Below, piece after piece: positions 33,552 to 41,961 of a stretch of DNA of 52,662 bases (its first letter is position 1; each line of letters begins with the position of its first letter). The notes beneath the pieces were generated by a model that did no database searches, was not told the DNA's origin, and saw nothing but the letters and a program-made list of their open reading frames with translations. The stretch comes from Chloroflexota bacterium (lineage in GTDB: Bacteria > Chloroflexota > Anaerolineae > Anaerolineales > UBA4823): the NCBI GenBank assembly GCA_037444705.1, contig JBBILY010000002.1, positions 1 through 52,662 of the forward strand, given 5' to 3'. The translations under genes were made by a program, and so were the position numbers.

Positions 33552-36145
33552 AAACCCTTTCACGTCGCGACTTCTTAAAACTCTCTGCTCTGGCAGCCGG
33601 CGGTGCCATAGCCGCCAGGCGCTTGGTGCCATCCGAGAAGGCGCCCTTTAGTCCTGCTAATCCCTCCGTCAACAGTTACTGGGTGAACACAGCCTGCAAC
33701 ATGTGCGGCGGGCAGACCGGAGTGCGTGTGCGGGTTGACAATGGTCGGGTGGCGAAGATTGAGCCTAATCCCGATAACCCGGCTGGTGTAGCCAACGTTT
33801 CCACCGATTACTGGGTATGGAAAAACACCGATGGCGCCGCCATGTGCCCAAAAGGCAACTCTGGGATAATGGCTCTCTATGATCCTGACCGCGTCAAGGT
33901 GCCTCTCAAGCGCACCAATCCCAGCAAAGGGCGAGATGAAAACCCCGGCTGGGTGGCTATCTCCTGGGAAGAAGCCCTCGCCACCATTGCGGACAAACTA
34001 AAAGCCCTACGTGAGGCCGGCGAAGCCGAAAAACTGATCTGGTTCTCCGAAGATCACTCTTTTGTAAACATCCAGGACGACTTCATGAAACTCTACGGCT
34101 CGCCGAATTATTTCAATCACTCGAACCTGTGTGATGTCAGCCGCAAAGCCTCTTTCACCATGGTGATGGGAGACGGCCGCCCTCTGGGAGATTTCGCCCA
34201 TGCCCGCTATATCCTCCTTTTTGGGTGGAATCCTCTCTCAGCCACCAAATGGAGCCACCTGCCGCGCATTTTCACCCGCGCCATCGAGAATGGGGCAAAA
34301 CTGGTGGTGGTGGACCCTTACCTGAGCCAGACCGCGGCCCGTGCCCATGAGTGGGTGCCGATTCGCCCGGGCACCGATGGCGCCCTGGCGCTGGCCCTGG
34401 CACATCTGTTGATTAAATGGAATCTGTACGACCAGGAGTTTGTCAATGAATGGACAGTAGGCTTCGACGAGTTTGCCGCCTTCGTCGCTGATAAAACCCC
34501 TGAATGGGCAGAGAGCATCACCAACGTGCCAGCCTCCCGCATCCGCCACATGGCTCGCGACCTGGGCGAACGCAAGCCAGCCGTGGTGGATGTCTGGTCG
34601 GGGCCTGGGCAGCAATCCAACGCCGTACAGGGTGGGCGGGCAATCGCTTTGCTCAATGTGCTTTTAGGGAACGTTGATCGCCCCGGTGGCATGATCAATC
34701 CCGAACGCAAAGGCAACGCCCACCAAAAGGTTCATCCCCAGCCAAACTGGCCGAATGGCCCCTGTCGCTTGGATCAACCCCGGTTAGACAACCTGGGAAA
34801 GTATCCCTTCGGACACCCTTCCGGCGTCTATACCGAAGTATTGGATGGTCTGGCCAAAGGGACCCTACCCTATCAGCCCAAGATAGGTGTAGTCATCTTC
34901 CAGAACCTGGTGCTCTCCGTACCTGGCACGGCCAACGTGGTTGAAGCCCTGAAAAAACTGCAATTCCTGGTCGTCGTGGACACGATGCTCTCTGAAACAG
35001 CTCAACTGGCCGATATCGTCATCCCTGGCACAGTTTATCTCGAGCGCTACGATCTGACCACGAATTGGGTTACCTGGTCCAGCGTCTCGTTACGTCAGCC
35101 CGTCGTTGAGCCAATCTTCGGACAACTGCCTGAATATGAGTTCGTGGCTGAACTGGGGCATCGGATTGGGATTGTGGACGCCGAAGGCAAAGAATTTTTC
35201 TGGATCGGGGCAGTCAGCGGCGAGAGAATTGAGAGCACAAGAGCCTGGTACGAAGAGTACCTTTCGAAGGAATTACTCCAGGGTGGTCCGAAGATGAGCC
35301 TGGAAGAACTCAAAGCTCAACCCGGTGCATGTTGGGTGGACCCCAAAGGCACACGTTATGAAAAATTCAAAGATACTGTCAGCCTACCTCAAAATGCTAC
35401 TATTTTAGATGAGGCGCTGCTGCTGACCGATGAAAAAGGCAAACCTGTGGGCTGGCGTACGGCTGAGGGCGATTTTGCCGTGGATGGAACCCCGCTCAGC
35501 CTCAGCAGCGCGCAGCCTGTCCCTGTGCGCCAAATCATCCTGGCTGAGGGTGCCCTCTGGGGCTATCGGGATAGAAATGATGTGTTAAAAGACGCCAGTG
35601 GCAAAGGGTTGGGCTTTTGGAAGGATGGCCGTTTGATTAAAGGATGGAATACGCCATCCAGACGGTTGGAGTTTGTCTCCTGGGCTGCCAGGGGAACAAC
35701 AGATCGCAAGGGCCATGTAGTGGCTGAATTGCCGCTTTATGCCCCACGCGACTGGCTTCCTGATGAGCGTTACCCGCTATATCTGATCAACTGGAAGGAG
35801 GCCAGCCATACCCACAGCCGCACCCAGAATAATCCTTACCTGTTGGAGTTGCAGGGCTGGAATCAACTGATGATCAACGCTGCAACCGCTACTCGCCTGG
35901 GCATTCGAGATGGGGATGAGATTTGGGTGGAATCCCCTGTGGGCAAAGCCCGCGCAATTGCGCGGGTGACCCAGGGGATACACCCTGAAGTGGTCGGCTG
36001 GCAACACGGCTTTGGCCATTGGGCTTTAGGCCGCCGCGCCAGGGGCAAGGGCACGGCAGATGGGATGTTCAACTATACCGTCTCCGATCCTATCAGTGGA
36101 ATGGCGCTACATAAAGAAGTTTGTGTGCGCATCTATAAGGTATAA
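33548..36145 (+). CDS. molybdopterin (bis-MGD) oxidoreductase catalytic subunit, Tat-exported; Psr/Phs/Ttr/Srd/Arr-like, substrate unknown
   Basis: 865 aa with Tat signal SRRDFLKLSALAAGG. The N-terminal Fe-S motif is variant (C50-x2-C53-x3-T57...C100). The candidate Mo-ligand region is H191-SNL-C195-DVS-R199. MGD-binding domains are typical in length and order. Confidence 0.9.
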   Translation: MKTLSRRDFLKLSALAAGGAIAARRLVPSEKAPFSPANPSVNSYWVNTACNMCGGQTGVRVRVDNGRVAKIEPNPDNPAGVANVSTDYWVWKNTDGAAMCPKGNSGIMALYDPDRVKVPLKRTNPSKGRDENPGWVAISWEEALATIADKLKALREAGEAEKLIWFSEDHSFVNIQDDFMKLYGSPNYFNHSNLCDVSRKASFTMVMGDGRPLGDFAHARYILLFGWNPLSATKWSHLPRIFTRAIENGAKLVVVDPYLSQTAARAHEWVPIRPGTDGALALALAHLLIKWNLYDQEFVNEWTVGFDEFAAFVADKTPEWAESITNVPASRIRHMARDLGERKPAVVDVWSGPGQQSNAVQGGRAIALLNVLLGNVDRPGGMINPERKGNAHQKVHPQPNWPNGPCRLDQPRLDNLGKYPFGHPSGVYTEVLDGLAKGTLPYQPKIGVVIFQNLVLSVPGTANVVEALKKLQFLVVVDTMLSETAQLADIVIPGTVYLERYDLTTNWVTWSSVSLRQPVVEPIFGQLPEYEFVAELGHRIGIVDAEGKEFFWIGAVSGERIESTRAWYEEYLSKELLQGGPKMSLEELKAQPGACWVDPKGTRYEKFKDTVSLPQNATILDEALLLTDEKGKPVGWRTAEGDFAVDGTPLSLSSAQPVPVRQIILAEGALWGYRDRNDVLKDASGKGLGFWKDGRLIKGWNTPSRRLEFVSWAARGTTDRKGHVVAELPLYAPRDWLPDERYPLYLINWKEASHTHSRTQNNPYLLELQGWNQLMINAATATRLGIRDGDEIWVESPVGKARAIARVTQGIHPEVVGWQHGFGHWALGRRARGKGTADGMFNYTVSDPISGMALHKEVCVRIYKV

Positions 36146-36149
36146 CGCT

Positions 36150-36752
36150 ATGGAGAACGCCCGTCTCAGAGAGATTCTCTTTACCCTGCTGGCTTCCCTG
36201 TTCCTGCAGCCCCCTGAAATGGAATTGGTAGAAAGCCTATGGCCAATCCTGATCTCAGGGGTTTCTACTGAAGGTGAAATTCCCGCCTTACCAGATATTA
36301 AGCGCATTCGGGAGACCTTCACGCGCCTTCTGGTCGGCCCAGGGAAGGATTACGTCCCTCCTTACGCCTCGATCTATCTGAACCGAAACCCATATGAAAA
36401 GCCCACCTTATGGGGACCAGAAGCGGTGAGACTGCAGATGGAATATGAGGCGGCCGGCCTGTCCTTCGCACCTGGGGGCCTGCGTATTCCCGATCACCTG
36501 GGGGTCGAATTACAGTTCGTGGCATTCCTGTGCCAAAAGGAGGTCGAAGCATGGCAAAACGGGGATGTCTCCCAGGCTCAAGACTGGTATAGGCGGCAAG
36601 AAATATTTGCCCAAGAGCATCTGTTAACCTGGCTGCCGTCATTCGCAACGCGGCTGCGCCAGGCCAAAGGAGACCCATTTTACCTGTTAGCAGTGAGGTT
36701 TCTCCAAGAACTGCTTCGCTTTCAGATCGGCTTAGAGGCCTGCGAATCTTGA
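36150..36752 (+). CDS. TorD/DmsD-family molybdoenzyme maturation chaperone
   Basis: The start is set at ATG 36150 (MENARLREILFTLLASLF). A 200-aa all-helical protein with the TorD-like pattern (FTRLLVGPG...PPYASIY...DHLGVELQF). Confidence 0.7.
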   Translation: MENARLREILFTLLASLFLQPPEMELVESLWPILISGVSTEGEIPALPDIKRIRETFTRLLVGPGKDYVPPYASIYLNRNPYEKPTLWGPEAVRLQMEYEAAGLSFAPGGLRIPDHLGVELQFVAFLCQKEVEAWQNGDVSQAQDWYRRQEIFAQEHLLTWLPSFATRLRQAKGDPFYLLAVRFLQELLRFQIGLEACES

Positions 36753-36780
36753 TCATTTTCGGCTATCGAGGAGGCTTATC

Positions 36781-37158
36781 GTGCGCTTCTATATCATCAG
36801 CATTCTGGTTGCAACGGCCCTGTTAGCCTTGCTCAGCCTGATATTCCCGTTAGTGACCGCGCTCCCAGAAAAACCTATCGGCCCTCAACCGCCCGTAATC
36901 AGATTACAAGAGAGCGACCCAATCCGCGGAGAAGCGTTGTATCGTTCAAAGTGTTACGGTTGCCACGCGCCTGAGGCCGGGGTTGGGCCCACTCATAATA
37001 CCGTGGATTTTGCCCTGCGATATAGCAGCGATGAGGCCATCGCTCTGGTGGTGCGCTCAGGGCGCCAACCCATGCCCGCCTTCACCGAAGCCATGCTGGA
37101 TGACCAGGAATTGGCAGATATTATCGCCTATATCCGCACTCTAAGCCAACAACCCTAA
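36781..37158 (+). CDS. membrane-anchored monoheme c-type cytochrome
   Basis: GTG start and an N-terminal TM anchor. It has the heme motif CYGCH and a distal Met region (RQPMPAF). Confidence 0.75.
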   Translation: MRFYIISILVATALLALLSLIFPLVTALPEKPIGPQPPVIRLQESDPIRGEALYRSKCYGCHAPEAGVGPTHNTVDFALRYSSDEAIALVVRSGRQPMPAFTEAMLDDQELADIIAYIRTLSQQP

Positions 37159-37254
37159 ACCCGGCGGGGCTTTCAATGACAGCCTCTCATTTGTCCTTAA
37201 GGGGCGAATGAGCCTCGGGGGGTGGAACAATGCTAAAATATCCCCGTGTCGCGC

Positions 37255-38046
37255 ATGCGGATTGACTTATTGCTGGTGGCACGTGGGTTGGCTGAGACCC
37301 GCACCCAGGCACAGCGTCTAGCGATGGCGGGACAGGTGCGCGCTGACGGCCAGGTGGTGCTCAAACCATCTGCCCTCGTGTCGCCCGAAGCCAGGTTGGA
37401 GGTGCTGCAAAGCCCGCCCTTTGTCTCGCGTGGGGGAGAAAAATTGCGAGCTGCCTTGCAATCTTTCGGCCTGAGTGTAAGGGATAAAGTGTGTGCCGAT
37501 GTGGGCGCCTCCACCGGGGGCTTCACCGATTGCCTGTTGCAATATGGCGCCAGGCGCGTCTATGCCATTGACGTGGGGAAAGGCTTGCTCCACTGGAAGT
37601 TGCGCCAGGACCCACGCGTGGTGGTGATGGAGGACACCAATGCCCGCTACCTGGAGCGCCTGCCCGAAGCCGTGCACCTGGTTACGGTGGATATCTCCTT
37701 TATCTCACTCAAGGTATTGCTGCCACTTTTCAAAGGCTGGCTGCCCACCCCAATGCCAGGGGGAGAGGTGCTAGCCTTGATCAAACCTCAATTTGAGGCG
37801 GGGCGCGCAGAGGCTGCCCGCGGCGAGGGGGTGATTCGCGACCCTGCCATTCATCAGCAGGTACTGTGGGATGTGCTGAGTTTTGCTCAGGCTGAGGGTT
37901 ACCAGGTGCGTGGGCTGATGCGTTCTCCGCTCCTGGGGCCTAAGGGCAACGTTGAATTTTTAGCCTGGCTTGGGTATCCAGGAAAGACACCTCAGAATTT
38001 AGAGGCGATGATAAGCCTGGCCCTGCAGAACGAACGGGACAGGTAA
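37255..38046 (+). CDS. tlyA: TlyA-family rRNA 2'-O-methyltransferase (hemolysin A-like)
   Basis: MRIDLLLVARGL begins an S4-like domain; the FtsJ-type SAM motif is DVGASTGGFTDCLL. The track start is GTG 37246; ATG 37255 is preferred. Confidence 0.85.
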   Translation: MRIDLLLVARGLAETRTQAQRLAMAGQVRADGQVVLKPSALVSPEARLEVLQSPPFVSRGGEKLRAALQSFGLSVRDKVCADVGASTGGFTDCLLQYGARRVYAIDVGKGLLHWKLRQDPRVVVMEDTNARYLERLPEAVHLVTVDISFISLKVLLPLFKGWLPTPMPGGEVLALIKPQFEAGRAEAARGEGVIRDPAIHQQVLWDVLSFAQAEGYQVRGLMRSPLLGPKGNVEFLAWLGYPGKTPQNLEAMISLALQNERDR

Positions 38047-38066
38047 ATCCGCAAAGGCCGCCAGGG

Positions 38067-38951
38067 ATGAAACGCAAAAGCCTGATCCTGATTCTCTTAA
38101 CCTTGTTGTGTCTTTCCAGCTTTGGGTTTGCTGTCATTATCCCAGCATTGTGGTTGCGCCTGCGCCCTCAGCCGCCCCCTCTGAGCCAGACGCTCTTCCA
38201 GGGTGTCACTTATCAACGTTTGATCCGCCATTCCCCGCGCCCCATGGTCATCCATGCCGTCACAGTAGACCTGCGGGCTGAAGGCATTCGCCTGTTGGTC
38301 ACCCCAGGTGACCCCAAGGTCGAACGACCATTAAAGGCGCGCACCACCACTCAGTTTTTGGAGGAGTTCGGCGTCCAAATCGCGGTGAACGGCGATGGTT
38401 TCACCCCCTGGTATTCGAACACCATCTTGGACTATTATCCCCATTCAGGTGATCCTGTCAGCCCTATCGGGTTTGCCGCCTCGCAGGGGGTCGTCTATTC
38501 TCTCAACACCGACGATCAGCCGGTCATATACTTCTCCCGCGCCAACCGGGCGCGTTTTGGTCTGCCCATAGGCAAGATATATCATGCAATATCCGGCAAT
38601 CTGATGCTGGTGGAGCAGGGGCAGAGCCTGCCTATCCCGCAAAGCGAGCCCCAGCCGCGCACCGCCCTGGGGGTGGATAAAAACGGCAATCGCCTGATCA
38701 TCCTGGTTGTGGATGGCCGTCAGCCTGGCTACAGTGAAGGCGCCACCCTAACGGAATTGGCTGAGATGCTCCTCTCCCTGGGGGCTTATCAGGCGATGAA
38801 CCTGGATGGCGGCGGCTCTTCGACCCTGGCGATGGAGAGGAATGGGAAAGCCGTGTTGCTCAATACGCCCATTAACCATGGCATCCCAGGCCGCCAGCGC
38901 CCGGTGGGCAATCATCTGGGCATCTACGCCATGCCAGTGAGCCCCCCCTGA
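38067..38951 (+). CDS. phosphodiester glycosidase family protein (DUF2233/NAGPA-like), secreted
   Basis: 294 aa with a signal/anchor MKRKSLILILLTLLCLSSFGF. Family-like motifs are RTALGVDKNGNRLIILVVDG and AMNLDGGGSSTL. Confidence 0.7.
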   Translation: MKRKSLILILLTLLCLSSFGFAVIIPALWLRLRPQPPPLSQTLFQGVTYQRLIRHSPRPMVIHAVTVDLRAEGIRLLVTPGDPKVERPLKARTTTQFLEEFGVQIAVNGDGFTPWYSNTILDYYPHSGDPVSPIGFAASQGVVYSLNTDDQPVIYFSRANRARFGLPIGKIYHAISGNLMLVEQGQSLPIPQSEPQPRTALGVDKNGNRLIILVVDGRQPGYSEGATLTELAEMLLSLGAYQAMNLDGGGSSTLAMERNGKAVLLNTPINHGIPGRQRPVGNHLGIYAMPVSPP

Positions 38952-38985
38952 GCGGCGCAGGTGTGAAAGCGCTCATCCTCGCTGG

Positions 38986-39405
38986 CTACTCACCGATCAT
39001 CTGCACCACGATTTCCCTTCGGCGGGGGCGGATGTCAAAATCTACATAGATGATCTGTTGCCAGGTGCCTAGGGTCAGGCGTTTGTCCACGAAGGGAATG
39101 GTCAGCGAGGCCTTCAACAAGGCGGCGCGAATGTGGCTGTGCCCGTTGCCGTCGCCCCAACGATTGTTGTGGGCATAGGGGCGGTTCGGGTTTAGAATCT
39201 CATCGAAGAGGCGCCGCAGATCGCTCAGGCAACCGGGTTCATATTCAATAGTGGTCAGAGCGCTGGTAGAGGAGGGGCAAAATAGCGTGACGATACCATG
39301 CTTCAGTCCGCTTTCGTGTACCTTTTGGGCTACCTGATCGGTGATGTCCAATATATCGGTGTCGCCACGGGTGTTCAAGTGCAGGGAAGAGGTAACAACG
39401 CTCAT
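38986..39405 (-). CDS. yjbQ: YjbQ/UPF0047 family protein (secondary thiamine-phosphate synthase-like)
   Basis: 139 aa with the typical family pattern (ITDQV...GIVTLFCPSSTSALTTIEYEPG...NGHSHIRAALL). Confidence 0.85.
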   Translation of the reverse strand: MSVVTSSLHLNTRGDTDILDITDQVAQKVHESGLKHGIVTLFCPSSTSALTTIEYEPGCLSDLRRLFDEILNPNRPYAHNNRWGDGNGHSHIRAALLKASLTIPFVDKRLTLGTWQQIIYVDFDIRPRRREIVVQMIGE

Positions 39406-39700
39406 ACATTCGCTCTCTCAAGACCTTAGTTTTCAGAACAAGGTGGGCTACTCAATCCAACACATCTTCTCATGGATAGGAAATTATAGCATGGTCAGCA
39501 AAGCGGCTTGTCCGGACCTGTAAAAACACAGCGCGCTCGCTGGCAGACTTTGTCATCCCGCTTGGATCAAAGGCGAACAACCCTGCCCATTTGTGGGAGA
39601 TGCCTGCGGAGTAGATGCCACGGCAAATCAGCCACGCTTATGAACATTACTCGCCACGTGAGCCAAAGCCGCGGTGCCCATCAGGCCGAGTGCTGGCCTG

Positions 39701-40558
39701 CTAATAAGTTCCCAAAACCAGCATAGGGTCAAAATGGCGAAACACGCCGCTGGTACGCCACAAGACGTAATTCTCCCGCTCCTCCTGAGACGCCCATGGC
39801 AGGTAATAAGCCATGCCTGCGAAGCGCGCCCCGCCTGGCCCCAGGCGCATTTCGAGATGTAAATGCGCTCCGCCGGCATTGCCGCTTCTCCCCACATTGC
39901 CCAACGGTTGGCAGGCCTCTACGTTATCCCCCAACCTCAGCGCGGCTGGCCTCTCCATGTGGGCATAGAGCACGTAAAGCGCCTCACCCTCGCCCATCTG
40001 AATGAGGGCGGCGACCTTTGAAGGCAACAATAAGGCCGGTGTCTCGATGATCACCATATTGCCATAAGGAAAACGGTCAGCGATCACCGCCGCCACTGCA
40101 CCTTTTAGCACGCTCTGGATGCCTGCACCTTCGATTGAGGCTCGATCGAACTTGCGGTAATATGCGAAATCCACCCCATGATGGCGCGCTTCGCTCCCCG
40201 CTGGCGGAGGGCGATAAGGATCGGTAATGATGGTAGATAGTTGCTCCAAAGGGGTATCCACCAGGGGCGAACACAGACGAAACTTCGCCACAGGCGAAGA
40301 TTCTACCGCCGTAGCCGGCAAGCCACCCTGATCCTTGTCAACGCTTGGGCTGGGGATGACAGGCGCACCTCTGGCAGGAGGCACCGACGGCAATAACCGC
40401 GGGAAGAAGAGCGATGATGGAGGCCTATCCCGCCCCGCTGAGGATGGATCAACCCTGTTTTGGCGCATACCGCCTCCATCTCCAGGGGCAGGGTCATTCG
40501 TACATGCCGCCAGGTTAACCAGCAAAGACAGGCAAATCAGCAGGGTATAGGGGCGCAT
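39701..40558 (-). CDS. M23 family metallopeptidase lipoprotein
   Basis: Lipobox LVNLAAC and a Pro-rich linker. The HxxxD motif (HHGVDF) and HxH motif (GGAHLHLEM) are both intact. Confidence 0.8.
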   Translation of the reverse strand: MRPYTLLICLSLLVNLAACTNDPAPGDGGGMRQNRVDPSSAGRDRPPSSLFFPRLLPSVPPARGAPVIPSPSVDKDQGGLPATAVESSPVAKFRLCSPLVDTPLEQLSTIITDPYRPPPAGSEARHHGVDFAYYRKFDRASIEGAGIQSVLKGAVAAVIADRFPYGNMVIIETPALLLPSKVAALIQMGEGEALYVLYAHMERPAALRLGDNVEACQPLGNVGRSGNAGGAHLHLEMRLGPGGARFAGMAYYLPWASQEERENYVLWRTSGVFRHFDPMLVLGTY

Positions 40559-40577
40559 GGACTTGATTTTACCAGGG

Positions 40578-40606
40578 TTGCCAGAATGATATTTCTGCGC
40601 TATAAT
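40578..40606 (+). promoter_or_regulatory. near-consensus sigma-70-type promoter for tRNA-Pro
   Basis: TTGCCA (40578-40583), a 17-nt spacer, then TATAAT (40601-40606). The tRNA 5' end lies 14 nt downstream. Confidence 0.5.
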
Positions 40607-40619
40607 GAGCCCCGCTTTA

Positions 40620-40694
40620 CGGGGCGTGGCGCAGTCCGGCTAGCGCGCTTGCATGGGGTGCTAGAGGTCCGGGGTTCAATTCCCCTCGCCCCGA
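40620..40694 (+). tRNA. tRNA-Pro (anticodon GGG)
   Basis: Manual cloverleaf: acceptor CGGGGCG/CGCCCCG with C1:G72 and A73; U8; D stem GCGC/GCGC with a GG loop; anticodon loop AUGGGGU (U33, GGG, G37); T loop TTCAATT. There is one mismatch in the anticodon stem and one in the T stem. CCA is not encoded. Confidence 0.75.
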
Positions 40695-40787
40695 CTGGTG
40701 AGAAAACCCCTATCTGGGCCGCTGAGTTACATTGAGTAACCGTCGGCCTTTCACTTTAACAGTACCTCAGTAAGAAGCAAAAGCAAT

Positions 40788-40822
40788 CGGCGCGCGTTCA
40801 CTCACGAGCGAACTGCGCGCCG
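40788..40822. terminator. GC-rich hairpin between convergent tRNA-Pro and the alpha/beta hydrolase gene (bidirectional terminator)
   Basis: CGGCGCGCGTTC...GAAC(T)GCGCGCCG forms a stem of about 12 bp with one bulge. On the minus strand it is followed by ATTGCTTTTGCTTCTT. It lies 37 nt downstream of the hydrolase stop. Confidence 0.55.
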
Positions 40823-40858
40823 AATTAGTTAAAGCGCGGGATACGCCGTGAGGAGGCT

Positions 40859-41917
40859 TTAGCCCAGTTTTTCCTTTAGCCAGTCCGCCGTCAGAGGGCG
40901 GTAGATATAAGGGATATTGTTGCAAACGTGATTGCCATTCTCGAACATTGCTAGTTGAGCGTTGGAGCCCACTGCTTCTACAATCTTTACGGCTTGTTGC
41001 CATGGGATCAGGCGGTCGAGTTTTCCGTGTATGATGAGCAACGGCTGTTTAATCCGATGCGCAACGCCTTCGAGGGAAATCTCATTGGCTTTAACCAGAG
41101 CCTCGGCTTCATCTTTTGCACCCGAATGGAAGCGATAGGCACTGCGCGTCAGTGATGGGAGGTAAGGCCAGCACTCAGCCCAATTCCATGGCCCGCAATT
41201 GCCCACCGCCGCCTTAACGCGTGGCTCAAAAGCGGCGGCGCGGGGGGCATAGTAGCCTCCCAGGCTGACACCTGCTAGGCCGACACGATTGAGATCAATA
41301 TCTTTTCTTTTAGCCAGAAAATCCAGCACGGTCGTGATGGCCACCTCATAATCGGGACGGATATGGGTATGATAACCACACTCTCCCTGTCCTGGCCCAT
41401 CCAGGGAAAGGGTAGCCAATCCACGTTTGAGGAAGACATTTTCCCAGTAAAAGAACTCCTCCTTCGTCGAGTCGAGGCCAGGGATGAGGATGACTAACGG
41501 CGGACGATCTGCTCCCTGAGGGCGCCGCAGGGTACCCACCATTGCCGCACCATCAAAGGGTATCTCCAGGCGTTCCCCTGTAGGATCAAGCAACTTCAGA
41601 CCCTTCGCAAAAGCCTCAATTGACTTACGCCCGGCAGCCATGTATTCATCATAGTAATCTTGAAACAGGAACTTGCCGAAGTGATAACAAAGCGCGGCGG
41701 CGATGTAAGCCTCCCCTGCACTGACGTAGTGGCCTGCCGCCTCCGCCTTGGCAGCCAGGTCTAAATGAACATCGCCTGTGGCGCACCATTCACGGCACCA
41801 GTCCTCCCACCTCTGGACACGGGCAGTGGTCCGATAAAAATCGTTGTAGTCCACTCCCTGGGAGGTAAATCGTGGCGCCCAGTTATTGATGGCGGCTTGC
41901 ACCCTTTCATCAATCAT
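40859..41917 (-). CDS. alpha/beta hydrolase with an N-terminal helical domain (FrsA / 2,6-dihydroxypseudooxynicotine hydrolase-like)
   Basis: 352 aa with nucleophile elbow GVSLGG and candidate Asp (HGKLDRLIP) and His (GNHVC) triad residues. Confidence 0.75.
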   Translation of the reverse strand: MIDERVQAAINNWAPRFTSQGVDYNDFYRTTARVQRWEDWCREWCATGDVHLDLAAKAEAAGHYVSAGEAYIAAALCYHFGKFLFQDYYDEYMAAGRKSIEAFAKGLKLLDPTGERLEIPFDGAAMVGTLRRPQGADRPPLVILIPGLDSTKEEFFYWENVFLKRGLATLSLDGPGQGECGYHTHIRPDYEVAITTVLDFLAKRKDIDLNRVGLAGVSLGGYYAPRAAAFEPRVKAAVGNCGPWNWAECWPYLPSLTRSAYRFHSGAKDEAEALVKANEISLEGVAHRIKQPLLIIHGKLDRLIPWQQAVKIVEAVGSNAQLAMFENGNHVCNNIPYIYRPLTADWLKEKLG

Positions 41918-41961
41918 ATCATCCTCCTTAGGATAAGGATAAAATAGCCCTTATCGGGCAT

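Noticed and set aside
33548-36145. Possible selenocysteine (in-frame TGA) or split gene in the molybdopterin subunit.
   Set aside because: The 865-codon frame is uninterrupted, and a Cys occupies the candidate ligand position.
36060-36149. N-terminal extension of a track ORF. Others of the same kind are at 30403-30525, 44649-44750, 50133-50162, 51460-51474, 8178-8225 and 19055-19123.
   Set aside because: The extensions overlap the preceding gene's coding region. Internal starts have better RBS spacing and give N-termini typical of the families.
40610-40624. Small hairpin CCCCG-CTTTA-CGGGG spanning the tRNA-Pro 5' end.
   Set aside because: The stem is only 5 bp and competes with the acceptor stem. 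It is most likely incidental complementarity of the leader.
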